DNA of 64,000 bases. Source: Lingula anatina (taxonomy: Eukaryota; Animalia; Brachiopoda). Under the pieces are notes generated by a model. That model was not told the origin of the DNA, did no database searches, and saw only the letters and a program-made list of their open reading frames with translations. Location: the NCBI GenBank assembly GCA_051362555.1, contig CM120648.1, positions 8,986,587 to 9,050,586 on the forward strand, written 5' to 3'. The position numbers and the translations under genes were made by a program. Numbering within the stretch: the stretch's first letter is position 1; each line of letters begins with the position of its first letter. This document shows positions 1 to 9,510 of the stretch, one piece after another.

Positions 1-1250
1 TACTGCTATCATGAATGCGTCTTTTTATTCCTCGTGCTTCGTGCGTAAGCTGATTCATTATGTGCGGGCCGCAAGCGAGACAATATTCACGGCTTATTTT
101 TAAATACAGCTTGATGACGAGTGCTGTATCTACCTTTATTCGTTTGTACACTTTTTAAGTCTGATTAGCAATGAAAATCCCAGCCCACACATGCCTGCGA
201 AGTATTACTAAATAGCCATTTGTAAGTGGCACACCTAGTGTAATTTCAGAGAGATGTTTCAGTAAAAGACAGTGACCAAAAAATACCCCCCCCCCCCCAT
301 ACACACACACACACACACACCCTATCACGTTTTGCAAAAAGTGATATCTTGACACTCCATGTGCTAATCAAAAAAGTTAATGGTTATAATTTCAGGCCTA
401 CCCAACTACCAGACTCGGCACATAAGGATCCTGAATTAACTGGTATTTCGGATCACACTACCCGTTTTCAAGGTGTGTGTCAGATCGCATGTCATTGCTT
501 CATATCGTACCATTCATCTAAATTTCAAAAGATTATTTCAGATGTAAAACGTAAAAAAAACTATTTATGGATCTGTCTCAGCCATTCCAAAAGACTCATA
601 CTCCTCTTTCATAAATATTTGTTGACTTACATGGCTGTTGTTGTTAGAGTCTTTTGGATAAATACGGCGTGGCACAGAAGATTAAAAAGCAACCTGCCAA
701 TCAACGGAAAAGATCAACGGAAAAGATCATTCTGCCTCGTTTAACATAGATCACTCAATGATTCTAATTCTAAACAAAGAAGGCTCGAGTGTCCAATAGT
801 TCTTTCATGGAGGTTGAAGGTTCTTAGACCACGGTGGAAGTGAAGAACAAAAGACTCAGACGTGGTGTAACTCGCATAACCGCACGTCTCGCATGAATGC
901 GTTATAACCCGCTAAAACACACATATACTACTCATCGAAGCACAGAACCGTAAACACACCTGAAAGCAAGTTAATTAGGGACTGAGCGTTTATCACCACA
1001 TATGAAAAAAGAAAGAACAAAAAACAAGCTGTATTATATTTCAAAAGTGATCTTTTTGCCGTTTTTTTATTATTACAGCTTTCTCAATAACAGAAGGTAT
1101 TTCAATTGTTAAAATTTTGTCGTCCTTTTCCGTATTTTGCTTCATTGGAGGTGCCGATAAAGAGCTTGCAGGCTGGGTTGAAGATGACGTTACTGAAGCG
1201 CACGATGCTTTTGAAATTCAAAATATAGTTGTTTCACGAATATTGCATAT

Positions 1251-1692
1251 TTATTTGAAATGTCTTAACAATATTGAAGCAGGGTGCTGCTGCGACTTAA
1301 AAGATAATAACGAATGATAAGAAAAATTAAACACACCTGGCGGATAGGAACTGCCATCTTGGCGCTTAATTTCCGTTATGAATTTAGCCAACCAATAGTC
1401 CAAAATCTCTAGATTTCCCTCCTCAAGGGTTGGAATAGGCCAGTGAGGGTCGGCCATAGTGACAGTTCTAAAATTACGCCACGTGAGCCAGTCCTTAAAG
1501 ATATTACATGCCCAGGTCGTATTTTTCTGTGTGTTTGCTGGAATTCTGTCTGCAACCATTTTTTCAAATTCAGCGGAATGTACTGGCTCTTCGAACCGCT
1601 TTGATTCTGCATCGACATCCACCTTATATAACGATTGGGTTGGTAATAAATCTAGCTGAGACGAGGGTGACGTCCTCCTCCGCTCCAAACAT
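1251..1692 (-). pseudogene. Degenerate CryptonA/DUF3504-family (KCTD1/ZMYM/QRICH1-like) tyrosine-recombinase N-terminal fragment
   Basis: IPANTQKNTTWACNIFKDWL...LDYWLAKFITEIKRQDGSSYPP matches the NT..W..F..W / L..F..E.R..DG..Y.P pattern of Crypton-derived proteins. No catalytic C-terminal part is recognisable. A probable ATG at 1692-1690 is one base out of frame. Confidence 0.7.
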
Positions 1693-1701
1693 GATGAATA
1701 G

Positions 1702-2021
1702 TGTTAAGGTTTTGGCCCGTCTTAGCTGTTATGCACATCGGTGGAGATAGCGTTTTACTTTTTTGACTAGAGCACGCGCTTATAGTTAGTTATGTTCTGA
1801 TCATTAAAAGTCACTAATTCCCGCAATGAGGTAAGACTTTATGAATCATTTAGTAATTTAAACAGTTAATAAGAACTTTATAAGTTGTAATTGTAACATA
1901 ATTTAAGGATAATTTCTTAATTTGATGTATTTTGTTCATTTCAGTTTCTACGTGACAATTTCAATGACAAGCAAATAAAATAGATGTGAAAAAGACTAAA
2001 GAAGTTTGCTTATTCGTAACA
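1702..2021 (+). repeat. 5' LTR of BEL/Pao element
   Basis: TGTTAAGG...CGTAACA; direct repeat of 7533-7852; AATAAA near its 3' end. Confidence 0.96.
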
Positions 2022-2274
2022 GTAGAAACTCAGCGACGATTTAGTGAAAGATAATAGAAACTGAGCGACGATTTAGTGAAAGACGATCAGCATAGTATTT
2101 AGAAAAGATGGCAACACAAGCGGAAATGTTACTGCTGCAAGCAGAACTGAAAAGGGTAGAGTCGGATATAGACCAAACCATGTGTGAGTTGGAAAAGCAT
2201 TTTAATTTCACAAAGTCAAATATAAAAAGACATCTACGCCCAAAAATGCACTAACATCTTGTGCCCCACTCACT

Positions 2275-5200
2275 TTGTGTGAGCAAACTACGATAGCAAA
2301 GGAACTCAGTAAACCAAGAATTCAGATTCAAGTATTTGAAGGTGACCCGATCAAATATGTGCTGTTTAAGAGACAGTTCAAAAGTAGAATCATAGAAACA
2401 TGCGACTCTGACGATGAAAAACTGAACTATCTACTGCAATACACCAGAGGTGAGCCTCATGAAATTACGCTAGGATTCGCTCACTTAGATGCATCCATTG
2501 GTTTCAAGGCCACATGGAAGGAATTTGAGAGAAGGTATGGGGACCAAGAACAGATTGCGACATCGTATATAAACCGTGCCTTACAGTGGCCAGTGATAAA
2601 GCATGATGATTATGTCGCATTAGACAAATACGGCATATTTTTAAGGGAATGTGAATATGCAGTAAAAGAAATAGATGCCATTCCAGTCCTCGAGTATCCC
2701 GATAACCTTAAGAGGCTAATGACGAAGCTGCCGCTCAAATTGCATGATAAATGGAGAAGCATAGTATATGAAAGGAAGGAAAGGGGACAGAAGATAACCT
2801 TTCAGGTTTTCGTCGATTTTGTGCAGAAAGAAGCACGAAAATTGGCTGACCCCATTTTTGGAAAGGTTCCACCGCCACCAGAGAGACCTATACCAGCACC
2901 AAGGAGAAGAGTTCCAGCACAAACAGTACTGTCTAGTGCCTCTGCATCCAGCAACGAAAGACACGTTCACAAGTGTATATTATGCAAGGAACAACATAAA
3001 CTTCACCAATGCCCAGAAATGCAAGAAAAGACAATGGATGAAAGAATCGGCATTATAAAGAATAATGGGTTATGTTTTGGGTGCCTTGCATATGGTCACA
3101 GAAAACATGAATGCAGAAGTAAAATGAAATGCCAAAAATGTAACTCTTATCATCCAACAATTCTACATGATGACAATTACACTAGTAAAGTAGTGGGAGC
3201 AGCTGTATGCCATACCACCCACAGTTCTGAGAATGTGCATTCCATGATAGTGCCAGTTGTAGTGCACCACGAGGATAATCCAGACGTTTATTCAGTGGTA
3301 TATGCAGTACTAGACGAGCAGTCAGATGCCTGCTTTGTAAAGTCCTCGACCCTCAGTGAACTCGAATGTAAAGGGAAGCATGTAGACATCAGACTTTCAA
3401 CCATACTTGGAGAAAAAACCGTCCCGAGCAGGAAAGTTGGAGGACTTGTTGTGAGAGGTCTGAACCAAGAGACATTGATTGAGCTCCCAGATACATACTC
3501 CAGAGACTCCATTCCAGTTAAGCGATCACAGATACCCAGACCAGAAACTGCTAAGAAATGGCCACACTTGCACTCAATTGCTGATAAGATTACTCCTTAT
3601 CGCCCAGACATAGAGGTAGGACTGCTGTTGGGAGTAAACTGTATGAAAGCCATTAGAGGTCTGGAATACGTACATGGTAGAGGAGAGGATCCATATGCAT
3701 ACAGATGTAACCTAGGTTGGGGTATAGTAGGGCCAGTGGACAAATCAAGACCCATAGATGAGAACAAGAGCTTTGCAACACGCGCCTTTGCCTTTAGAAC
3801 ACAAGTGACAGAGATCAGCCCCGCTGAGGTTTGCAGTCTCTTTGACCAAGGTTTCGACCAACAGAAAGATGAGAAGTTAAGCCTTCAAGACCAGAAGTTC
3901 ATGAAGATTATGGAGGAGGGCATACATTTCAACGAGGGTTTTTACGAGATGCCACTACCATTTAAAGACGGACATCCAGCATTGCCAAACAATAAACCAG
4001 CAGCTGAGATCAGACTAGAGCAGCTAAAGAAAAGGCTAATCCACAACCCGAAGTATTATGAGCACTATAACAGTTTTATGCAGGACCTCATAGATAAATG
4101 CTATGCAGAAGAAACACCTCATGAAGATGGAGGTTGGTACTTACCACATCATGGTGTATATCACCCCAAGAAACGTGAGAAATTACGAGTGGTGTTTGAT
4201 GCCAGTGCAAAACATGAAAATGTTGCGCTAAACGACTGCCTGTTGAAAGGACCTGATCAGAATAACTCGCTCATAGGTGTTTTATTGAGGTTTAGAGAGC
4301 AGCCAGTAGCAATCATGGGTGACATGGAGAACATGTTTCACAGGTTTAAAGTGAAAGAAGAGGATAGAAAGTTTTTACAGTTCCTATGGTGGAAAGACGG
4401 TGACCTCAGTAGTAATCCCATCACATACAGAATGACGTCTCATATATTTGGAGCGATAAGTTCACCAGCATGCGCATTGTATGGACTGAGGAAACTAGCA
4501 GAGGACTACCAAGATGAGTATTCACCAGACGTCATTGCCTTTCTTAAGAATGACTTTTATGTAGACGATGGACTCAAGAGCATCGAGTCAAGTGAAGAAG
4601 CTATACGTCTTGTTAGAGAAACAAGAGAGCTGCTGAACAAAGGTAACCTAAGACTTCACAAGCTAGTATCAAACAACCGTGAAGTGATGAATACAATCCA
4701 AATGTCAGAGAGAGCCAAAGAAATGAGAAACATTGACCTTAACAGAGACACATTGCCAATATGCCCAGCTTTAGGGGTACAGTGGTGTGTAGAAGCGGAC
4801 AGTTTTCAATTTAAGGTCCAGATCAATGATAAGCCATTAACAAGAAGGGGAATTCTCTCCACTGTAAGTTCCATATTTGACCCTTTAGGCCTTGTCTCAC
4901 CATTCATCCTTGCCGGTAAGAAAATTCTCCAAGAGCTATGCAGAGACGGTGCAGAGTGGGATGATCAAGTGCCAGAGAGTATTAGATGCAGATGGGAAAG
5001 ATGGCGCTCAGATTTGCTGAACTTAACCAAGTTGAATATACCACGGTGCTATAAGCCAAATGATTTTGGTGAAGTGACTACTGCAGAACTTCATCACTTC
5101 TCAGATGCCAGTGTAGAAGGCCTAGGTCAGTGCAGTTACTTGAGACTTAAAAGCAACACAGGAAGAATAGCAACCACATTAGTTATGGGCAAGTCCAAGG

Positions 5201-7254
5201 TAGCTCCCTCTAAACCAGTGACAGTCCCACGCCTAGAGTTGTCAGCAGCAGTGATGTCTATAAAGGTGGGGACCTTTCTTGCCAAGGAGTTAGAGTATGA
5301 GGACATCACCCATGTGTATTGGACTGACAGCAAAGTTGTTCTAGGGTATGTCAATAATGATGCTAAGAGATTTCATGTCTTTGTAGCAAATAGAATACAA
5401 CAAATTAGAGAAGTCAGTCAGCCATCCCAATGGAGGCATGTTAAGTCCAGTGACAACCCAGCTGATATAGCCTCCAGGGGAACAGGTGTGACAGAGCTAT
5501 TACAGAATGAACAGTGGTGGAATGGGCCAGACTTCCTACTCATTGATGAACCACTATCTACCACTGATACCCAATTCAGTCTAGCACCAGATGACCCAGA
5601 AGTACGCAAATCTGAAGTCAATGTATTTGCTACTAAAGTAGAAACCAACCAAGATCACTTGTCTGATGTATTGAAAAGGTTTTCTTCCTGGAACAGAGCA
5701 ACACGAGTTGTTACGTGGTGTTTACGATTCATACAGAAGCTGAAACAAGCTAAGAACAGGAAATCTACACAGCAGAACACAGTTGAGACCAGCAATGAAC
5801 CGTTGAATGTTCAAGAAATACAAGTGGCAGAAAAGATCATTCTCAAGTCAACACAGACTGCTACATTTGAGAAGGAAATTGAAATACTGAAAGCAATTAA
5901 CAGAGAAGATAACAGTGAACACACAGAGAGAAAACAGGCAAGATATCGCAACAAACAAATCAAGAAAACCAGTTCACTATACCGCCTAGACCCATTTTTA
6001 TGTGAAGATGGACTACTCAGAGTAGGTGGTCGTATAAAGAGGGCAAATCTACCCAGAGAGCTAACACACCCAGTGATTCTGCCTAAGCATCATCACGTTA
6101 CAAATCTCATAATCGACCACTATCATACCCGATGCGGACATTCAGGAAGTGGCATTACTCTTAATGAAGTCCGAGCTAGTGGTTATTGGATAATTTCTGG
6201 CCGTGCCAAGATTGGATCATATATATGGAAATGTGTGACCTGTCGTAAGCTTCGAGCAAACCCACAGAGTCAGAAAATGTCAGATCTTCCAGCTGACAGA
6301 CTGGAACCAGCACCTCCATTCACCTACAGTGCAGTAGATTTCTTTGGACCATTCTATGTGAAGGAGGGAAGAAAGCAGATTAAGAGATACGGTGCAATGT
6401 TTACATGTTTAGCATCACGTGCTATTCATATAGAAGTTGCATATTCACTCAGCACAGATTCTTTCATTAACTGCTACAGACGCTTTGTATGCAGGCGTGG
6501 ACCAGTACGTCTACTCAGAGCAGACCGTGGAACCAATTTCATTGGAGTTAAGGGAGAACAAGAAACTGCCTTTATGGATATGGATCAGAACAAGATCAGG
6601 AGAGAACTTCTGAAAGACCATTGTGACTGGATTCAGTTTGAAATGAATGTTCCTCATGCTTCACATATGGGAGGCGTGTGGGAAAGGATGATCAGATCAG
6701 CCAGAAATGCTTTATCAGGACTTCTCACAGCTCACAGTGACCGTTTAGATGATGATTCCTTGTCCACATTGTTAACTGAGGCAGAAGCCATAGTTAACAG
6801 TAGACCTTTGACTTACATTGATACACAGTCACCAGATTCTCCAATGCCTTTGTCTCCAAATCAGCTCCTGACCCTGAAAACTAAGGTCGTGATGCCACCA
6901 ACTGGGAATTTCATAAGGAAAGACACATACCTTCATCGAAGATGGCGACATGTTCAATATCTAGCCAATGAATTTTGGAACAGGTGGAGAAAGGAATTTC
7001 TTCCTACATTACAAGAGAGAAAAAAGTGGATCAAACAACATAGAGATGTACAAGTTGGAGATATTGTTCTCATGATAGATGACAGTGCACCAAGAAATCA
7101 GTGGCCACTTGGTCGCATAGTAGAAACCTTTCAAAGTGCAGATGGATATGTGCGTAAGGTCAAGTTGAAAGTTAGGGACTCTACATATGAGAGACCAGTG
7201 CACAAGTTAATTCTTTTATTGACCGGAGAAGACCCCGTCGAGGAGCCAAAATAA
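2275..7254 (+). CDS. BEL/Pao Gag-Pol polyprotein (Gag Zn knuckles, aspartic protease, RT, RNase H, integrase); 5' start uncertain
   Basis: 1659-aa ORF. Three BEL-type knuckles (CILCKEQHKLHQC, CFGCLAYGHRKHEC, CQKCNSYHPTILH). Protease LDEQSD. RT FYVDD. RNase H HHFSDAS/PRLEL/YWTDS/NPAD. Integrase HTRCGH..CVTC, VDFFGP, DRGTNF, GVWE. Domain order PR-RT-RH-IN. The frame is open from 2206 but has no nearby ATG. Confidence 0.95.
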   Translation: MCEQTTIAKELSKPRIQIQVFEGDPIKYVLFKRQFKSRIIETCDSDDEKLNYLLQYTRGEPHEITLGFAHLDASIGFKATWKEFERRYGDQEQIATSYINRALQWPVIKHDDYVALDKYGIFLRECEYAVKEIDAIPVLEYPDNLKRLMTKLPLKLHDKWRSIVYERKERGQKITFQVFVDFVQKEARKLADPIFGKVPPPPERPIPAPRRRVPAQTVLSSASASSNERHVHKCILCKEQHKLHQCPEMQEKTMDERIGIIKNNGLCFGCLAYGHRKHECRSKMKCQKCNSYHPTILHDDNYTSKVVGAAVCHTTHSSENVHSMIVPVVVHHEDNPDVYSVVYAVLDEQSDACFVKSSTLSELECKGKHVDIRLSTILGEKTVPSRKVGGLVVRGLNQETLIELPDTYSRDSIPVKRSQIPRPETAKKWPHLHSIADKITPYRPDIEVGLLLGVNCMKAIRGLEYVHGRGEDPYAYRCNLGWGIVGPVDKSRPIDENKSFATRAFAFRTQVTEISPAEVCSLFDQGFDQQKDEKLSLQDQKFMKIMEEGIHFNEGFYEMPLPFKDGHPALPNNKPAAEIRLEQLKKRLIHNPKYYEHYNSFMQDLIDKCYAEETPHEDGGWYLPHHGVYHPKKREKLRVVFDASAKHENVALNDCLLKGPDQNNSLIGVLLRFREQPVAIMGDMENMFHRFKVKEEDRKFLQFLWWKDGDLSSNPITYRMTSHIFGAISSPACALYGLRKLAEDYQDEYSPDVIAFLKNDFYVDDGLKSIESSEEAIRLVRETRELLNKGNLRLHKLVSNNREVMNTIQMSERAKEMRNIDLNRDTLPICPALGVQWCVEADSFQFKVQINDKPLTRRGILSTVSSIFDPLGLVSPFILAGKKILQELCRDGAEWDDQVPESIRCRWERWRSDLLNLTKLNIPRCYKPNDFGEVTTAELHHFSDASVEGLGQCSYLRLKSNTGRIATTLVMGKSKVAPSKPVTVPRLELSAAVMSIKVGTFLAKELEYEDITHVYWTDSKVVLGYVNNDAKRFHVFVANRIQQIREVSQPSQWRHVKSSDNPADIASRGTGVTELLQNEQWWNGPDFLLIDEPLSTTDTQFSLAPDDPEVRKSEVNVFATKVETNQDHLSDVLKRFSSWNRATRVVTWCLRFIQKLKQAKNRKSTQQNTVETSNEPLNVQEIQVAEKIILKSTQTATFEKEIEILKAINREDNSEHTERKQARYRNKQIKKTSSLYRLDPFLCEDGLLRVGGRIKRANLPRELTHPVILPKHHHVTNLIIDHYHTRCGHSGSGITLNEVRASGYWIISGRAKIGSYIWKCVTCRKLRANPQSQKMSDLPADRLEPAPPFTYSAVDFFGPFYVKEGRKQIKRYGAMFTCLASRAIHIEVAYSLSTDSFINCYRRFVCRRGPVRLLRADRGTNFIGVKGEQETAFMDMDQNKIRRELLKDHCDWIQFEMNVPHASHMGGVWERMIRSARNALSGLLTAHSDRLDDDSLSTLLTEAEAIVNSRPLTYIDTQSPDSPMPLSPNQLLTLKTKVVMPPTGNFIRKDTYLHRRWRHVQYLANEFWNRWRKEFLPTLQERKKWIKQHRDVQVGDIVLMIDDSAPRNQWPLGRIVETFQSADGYVRKVKLKVRDSTYERPVHKLILLLTGEDPVEEPK

Positions 7255-7532
7255 CTGTTAACTGTGACAATGTCAGTTTGTTATGATTCTATGCTACAGT
7301 TTGTGTAGATTTAATGAACACTTTTGTTTTCTAAAGACAGTTACATGTTGAGCTATTTGTGTTTATGGGATTGCAAAGTATTTTATGTTTTAATAACAGT
7401 AAGTTTTGATGTTCCTTAAAGGTGTTTAAGGTACGGTAATTCTTAATAATTTCCGAGCAAATATTTTTTATACGTAATGATAAGGTAAACAGTGTATATT
7501 GTGTAAATTGCTTTCACAATTTAGGGGAGCCA

Positions 7533-7852
7533 TGTTAAGGTTTTGGCCCGTCTTAGCTGTTATGCACATCGGTGGAGATAGCGTTTTACTTTTTTGACTA
7601 GAGCACGCGCTTATAGTTAGTTATGTTCTGATCATTAAAAGTCACTAATTCCCGCAATGAGGTAAGACTTTATGAATCATTTAGTAATTTAAACAGTTAA
7701 TAAGAACTTTATAAGTTGTAATTGTAACATAATTTAAGGATAATTTCTTAATTTGATGTATTTTGTTCATTTCAGTTTCTACGTGACAATTTCAATGACA
7801 AGCAAATAAAATAGATGTGAAAAAGACTAAAGAAGTTTGCTTATTCGTAACA
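7533..7852 (+). repeat. 3' LTR of BEL/Pao element
   Basis: Direct repeat of 1702-2021, preceded by the PPT and followed by the AATAG TSD. Confidence 0.96.
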
Positions 7853-8139
7853 AATAGTGTGGTAATGAAGATAGCAGGGTAGTTGCGTGAGTGTGATGTC
7901 GTGAACTGTTGTTGAAGTTAATGGACCGTGGTCTAAGTAAGATAGACCCCTCGTCAGCGAGGGTTATGTGGTATACACGAGTGCGTAGCACGAGTGGATG
8001 TCACATAACCCTCGCTGACGAGGGGTCTATCTTACTTAGACCACGAGTGCGTAGCACGAGTGGATGTCACATAACCCTCGCTGACGAGGGGTCTATCTAT
8101 TACATAATCAATCGTTAAAAGAGACAAATTTTCGCAGAG

Positions 8140-8264
8140 GGAGTTACCTGTCATTACCTGTCTTAGTGAGTGCGGCGGTGCGTAATTAACAAGTTTTATT
8201 GTTTACGAGCTCTATAGCGTATCATCTGGTCAACTACCAGGCATTTTAATTGCTTCAGCAAAAA
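8140..8264 (+). other. Probable non-coding 5' exon of gene A (paralogous to ~35135-35244)
   Basis: Conserved block CCTGTyATTACCTG..AACTAC..CAGCA followed by a GTAAGT donor at 8265 and at 35245. Matching TTTCCAG acceptors precede both signal-peptide exons. Confidence 0.5.
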
Positions 8265-9510
8265 GTAAGTTTGTCAACTGATGATGTGATCTAAACCACT
8301 CGAGGCGACTGTAGTTTCGTGGCATCTATTGTCACCGAAGTGAGTAAAGCTCCCTTCAATTGGGCGGCGTCCTCCCGTTTGAGAGCGAAAAAAAAAAAAA
8401 AAAAAAAAAATTACGCGCCGACAACTAGCCGATCATTGATCATTCATTCTGCAACCAAAGCGATGCTTGTGCCTATACTATTTACGACCACAGCGATGCC
8501 AGTTTCATAGGCGCAAAAAGACCGCAGAAAGGACGCCGTTCAGGTAAAAGGGATTTAACTTAAGGAAGTCATGGAAGAGCGTCACAGACAAAGCAAGATA
8601 AATCTTGGGGTCTTGGTTTTTATATCCTGTCGATATAAAAAAATTACATGTAGATGTACGTCAAAGTAAACTTGAAAAAGCTGACCTAGAACTAGGATCC
8701 AAAAAAAAACTTTATTTTGGATCCTAGCCTAGAAGTCGGTCTCCATCCGCCCCTGAATTGTAGTATTACCAAATGCGCGAAGTTTCTGTTCGATGTCTTT
8801 GAAAATTTCCGGTGTGTCACTGTTAGGTCCATTAATAGTCACAAGGTTAAAGCGCGTTTCTTGCACAGTAATATGTCTAGGATGACAAAATTTCCATCGG
8901 GGTCTAATAACTTATTGTGTATTCTGTAATTAGAGGAATTTCGGAGAAATATCACTACTACTGGGTACCTTGCTTTGTCAAGAGAATGAGCTCCACCCTA
9001 TTCATTTTTCCACGTAGCCAGCCTCTTTTTTTTTTTTTTTTTTTTTTTTTGCAGTTTGTATAACTATCTGTTAGCAGGGCTACATTAGTTTTTTTTTCTC
9101 TTCTTTCAAAAAATCTCTCCTTTTAACTCGCTCTGAACTCAACCACCTAAAGTTCACACATCCTATTTTAATACTCGCCATGATCACTAAATAGCAATAG
9201 GTAATAGATATTATACTGATCATAACACCACCAACTACTGTCTTTTGTATTTGAATCCAATAAGCTCTAGTACTAGTACATTCATGCACTCAAACACATA
9301 TACAACAACACTACACACAACAACATAAGGGTTACCGGGGTCACGTGAAGAAACCGTCGTCGTGAATAAACCGAATTTCCAGCCCACCTTCCACCTCAGG
9401 GAGACTCTTTTAATGAGAAGCAATTGGATACACATTATGGAATTTTCAGTGTGATTTTGAATTTCAACTTAGCCGTTTCCTTTTCCAGATACAAGGACAA
9501 TTGAGAAAGC

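Larger units (their letters stand above)
1702..7852 (+). mobile_element. Full-length BEL/Pao LTR retrotransposon (Suzu/Sinbad-like)
   Basis: 320-bp TG...CA LTRs at 1702-2021 and 7533-7852, identical by eye. 5-bp TSD AATAG at 1697-1701 and 7853-7857. Purine tract AGGGGAGCCA just before the 3' LTR. Gag-pol ORF inside. Confidence 0.97.
823..8100 (-). mobile_element. Probable Crypton-like DNA transposon remnant interrupted by the BEL insertion (ends approximate)
   Basis: A 13-bp inverted repeat CTTAGACCACGGT (823-835) / ACCGTGGTCTAAG (7925-7937) brackets the DUF3504-like ORF. Fold-back end structure with CACGAGTGCGTAGCACGAGTG motifs at 7927-8098. Confidence 0.45.

Noticed and set aside
349-744. 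131-aa ORF sharing RPTQLPDSA with ORFs at 61892 and 63066
   Set aside because: The similarity comes from a dispersed non-coding repeat, not a protein family.
7927-8098. CRISPR-like repeat/spacer appearance
   Set aside because: Only two direct copies with an overlapping inversion, no unique spacers, no cas genes, eukaryotic context.
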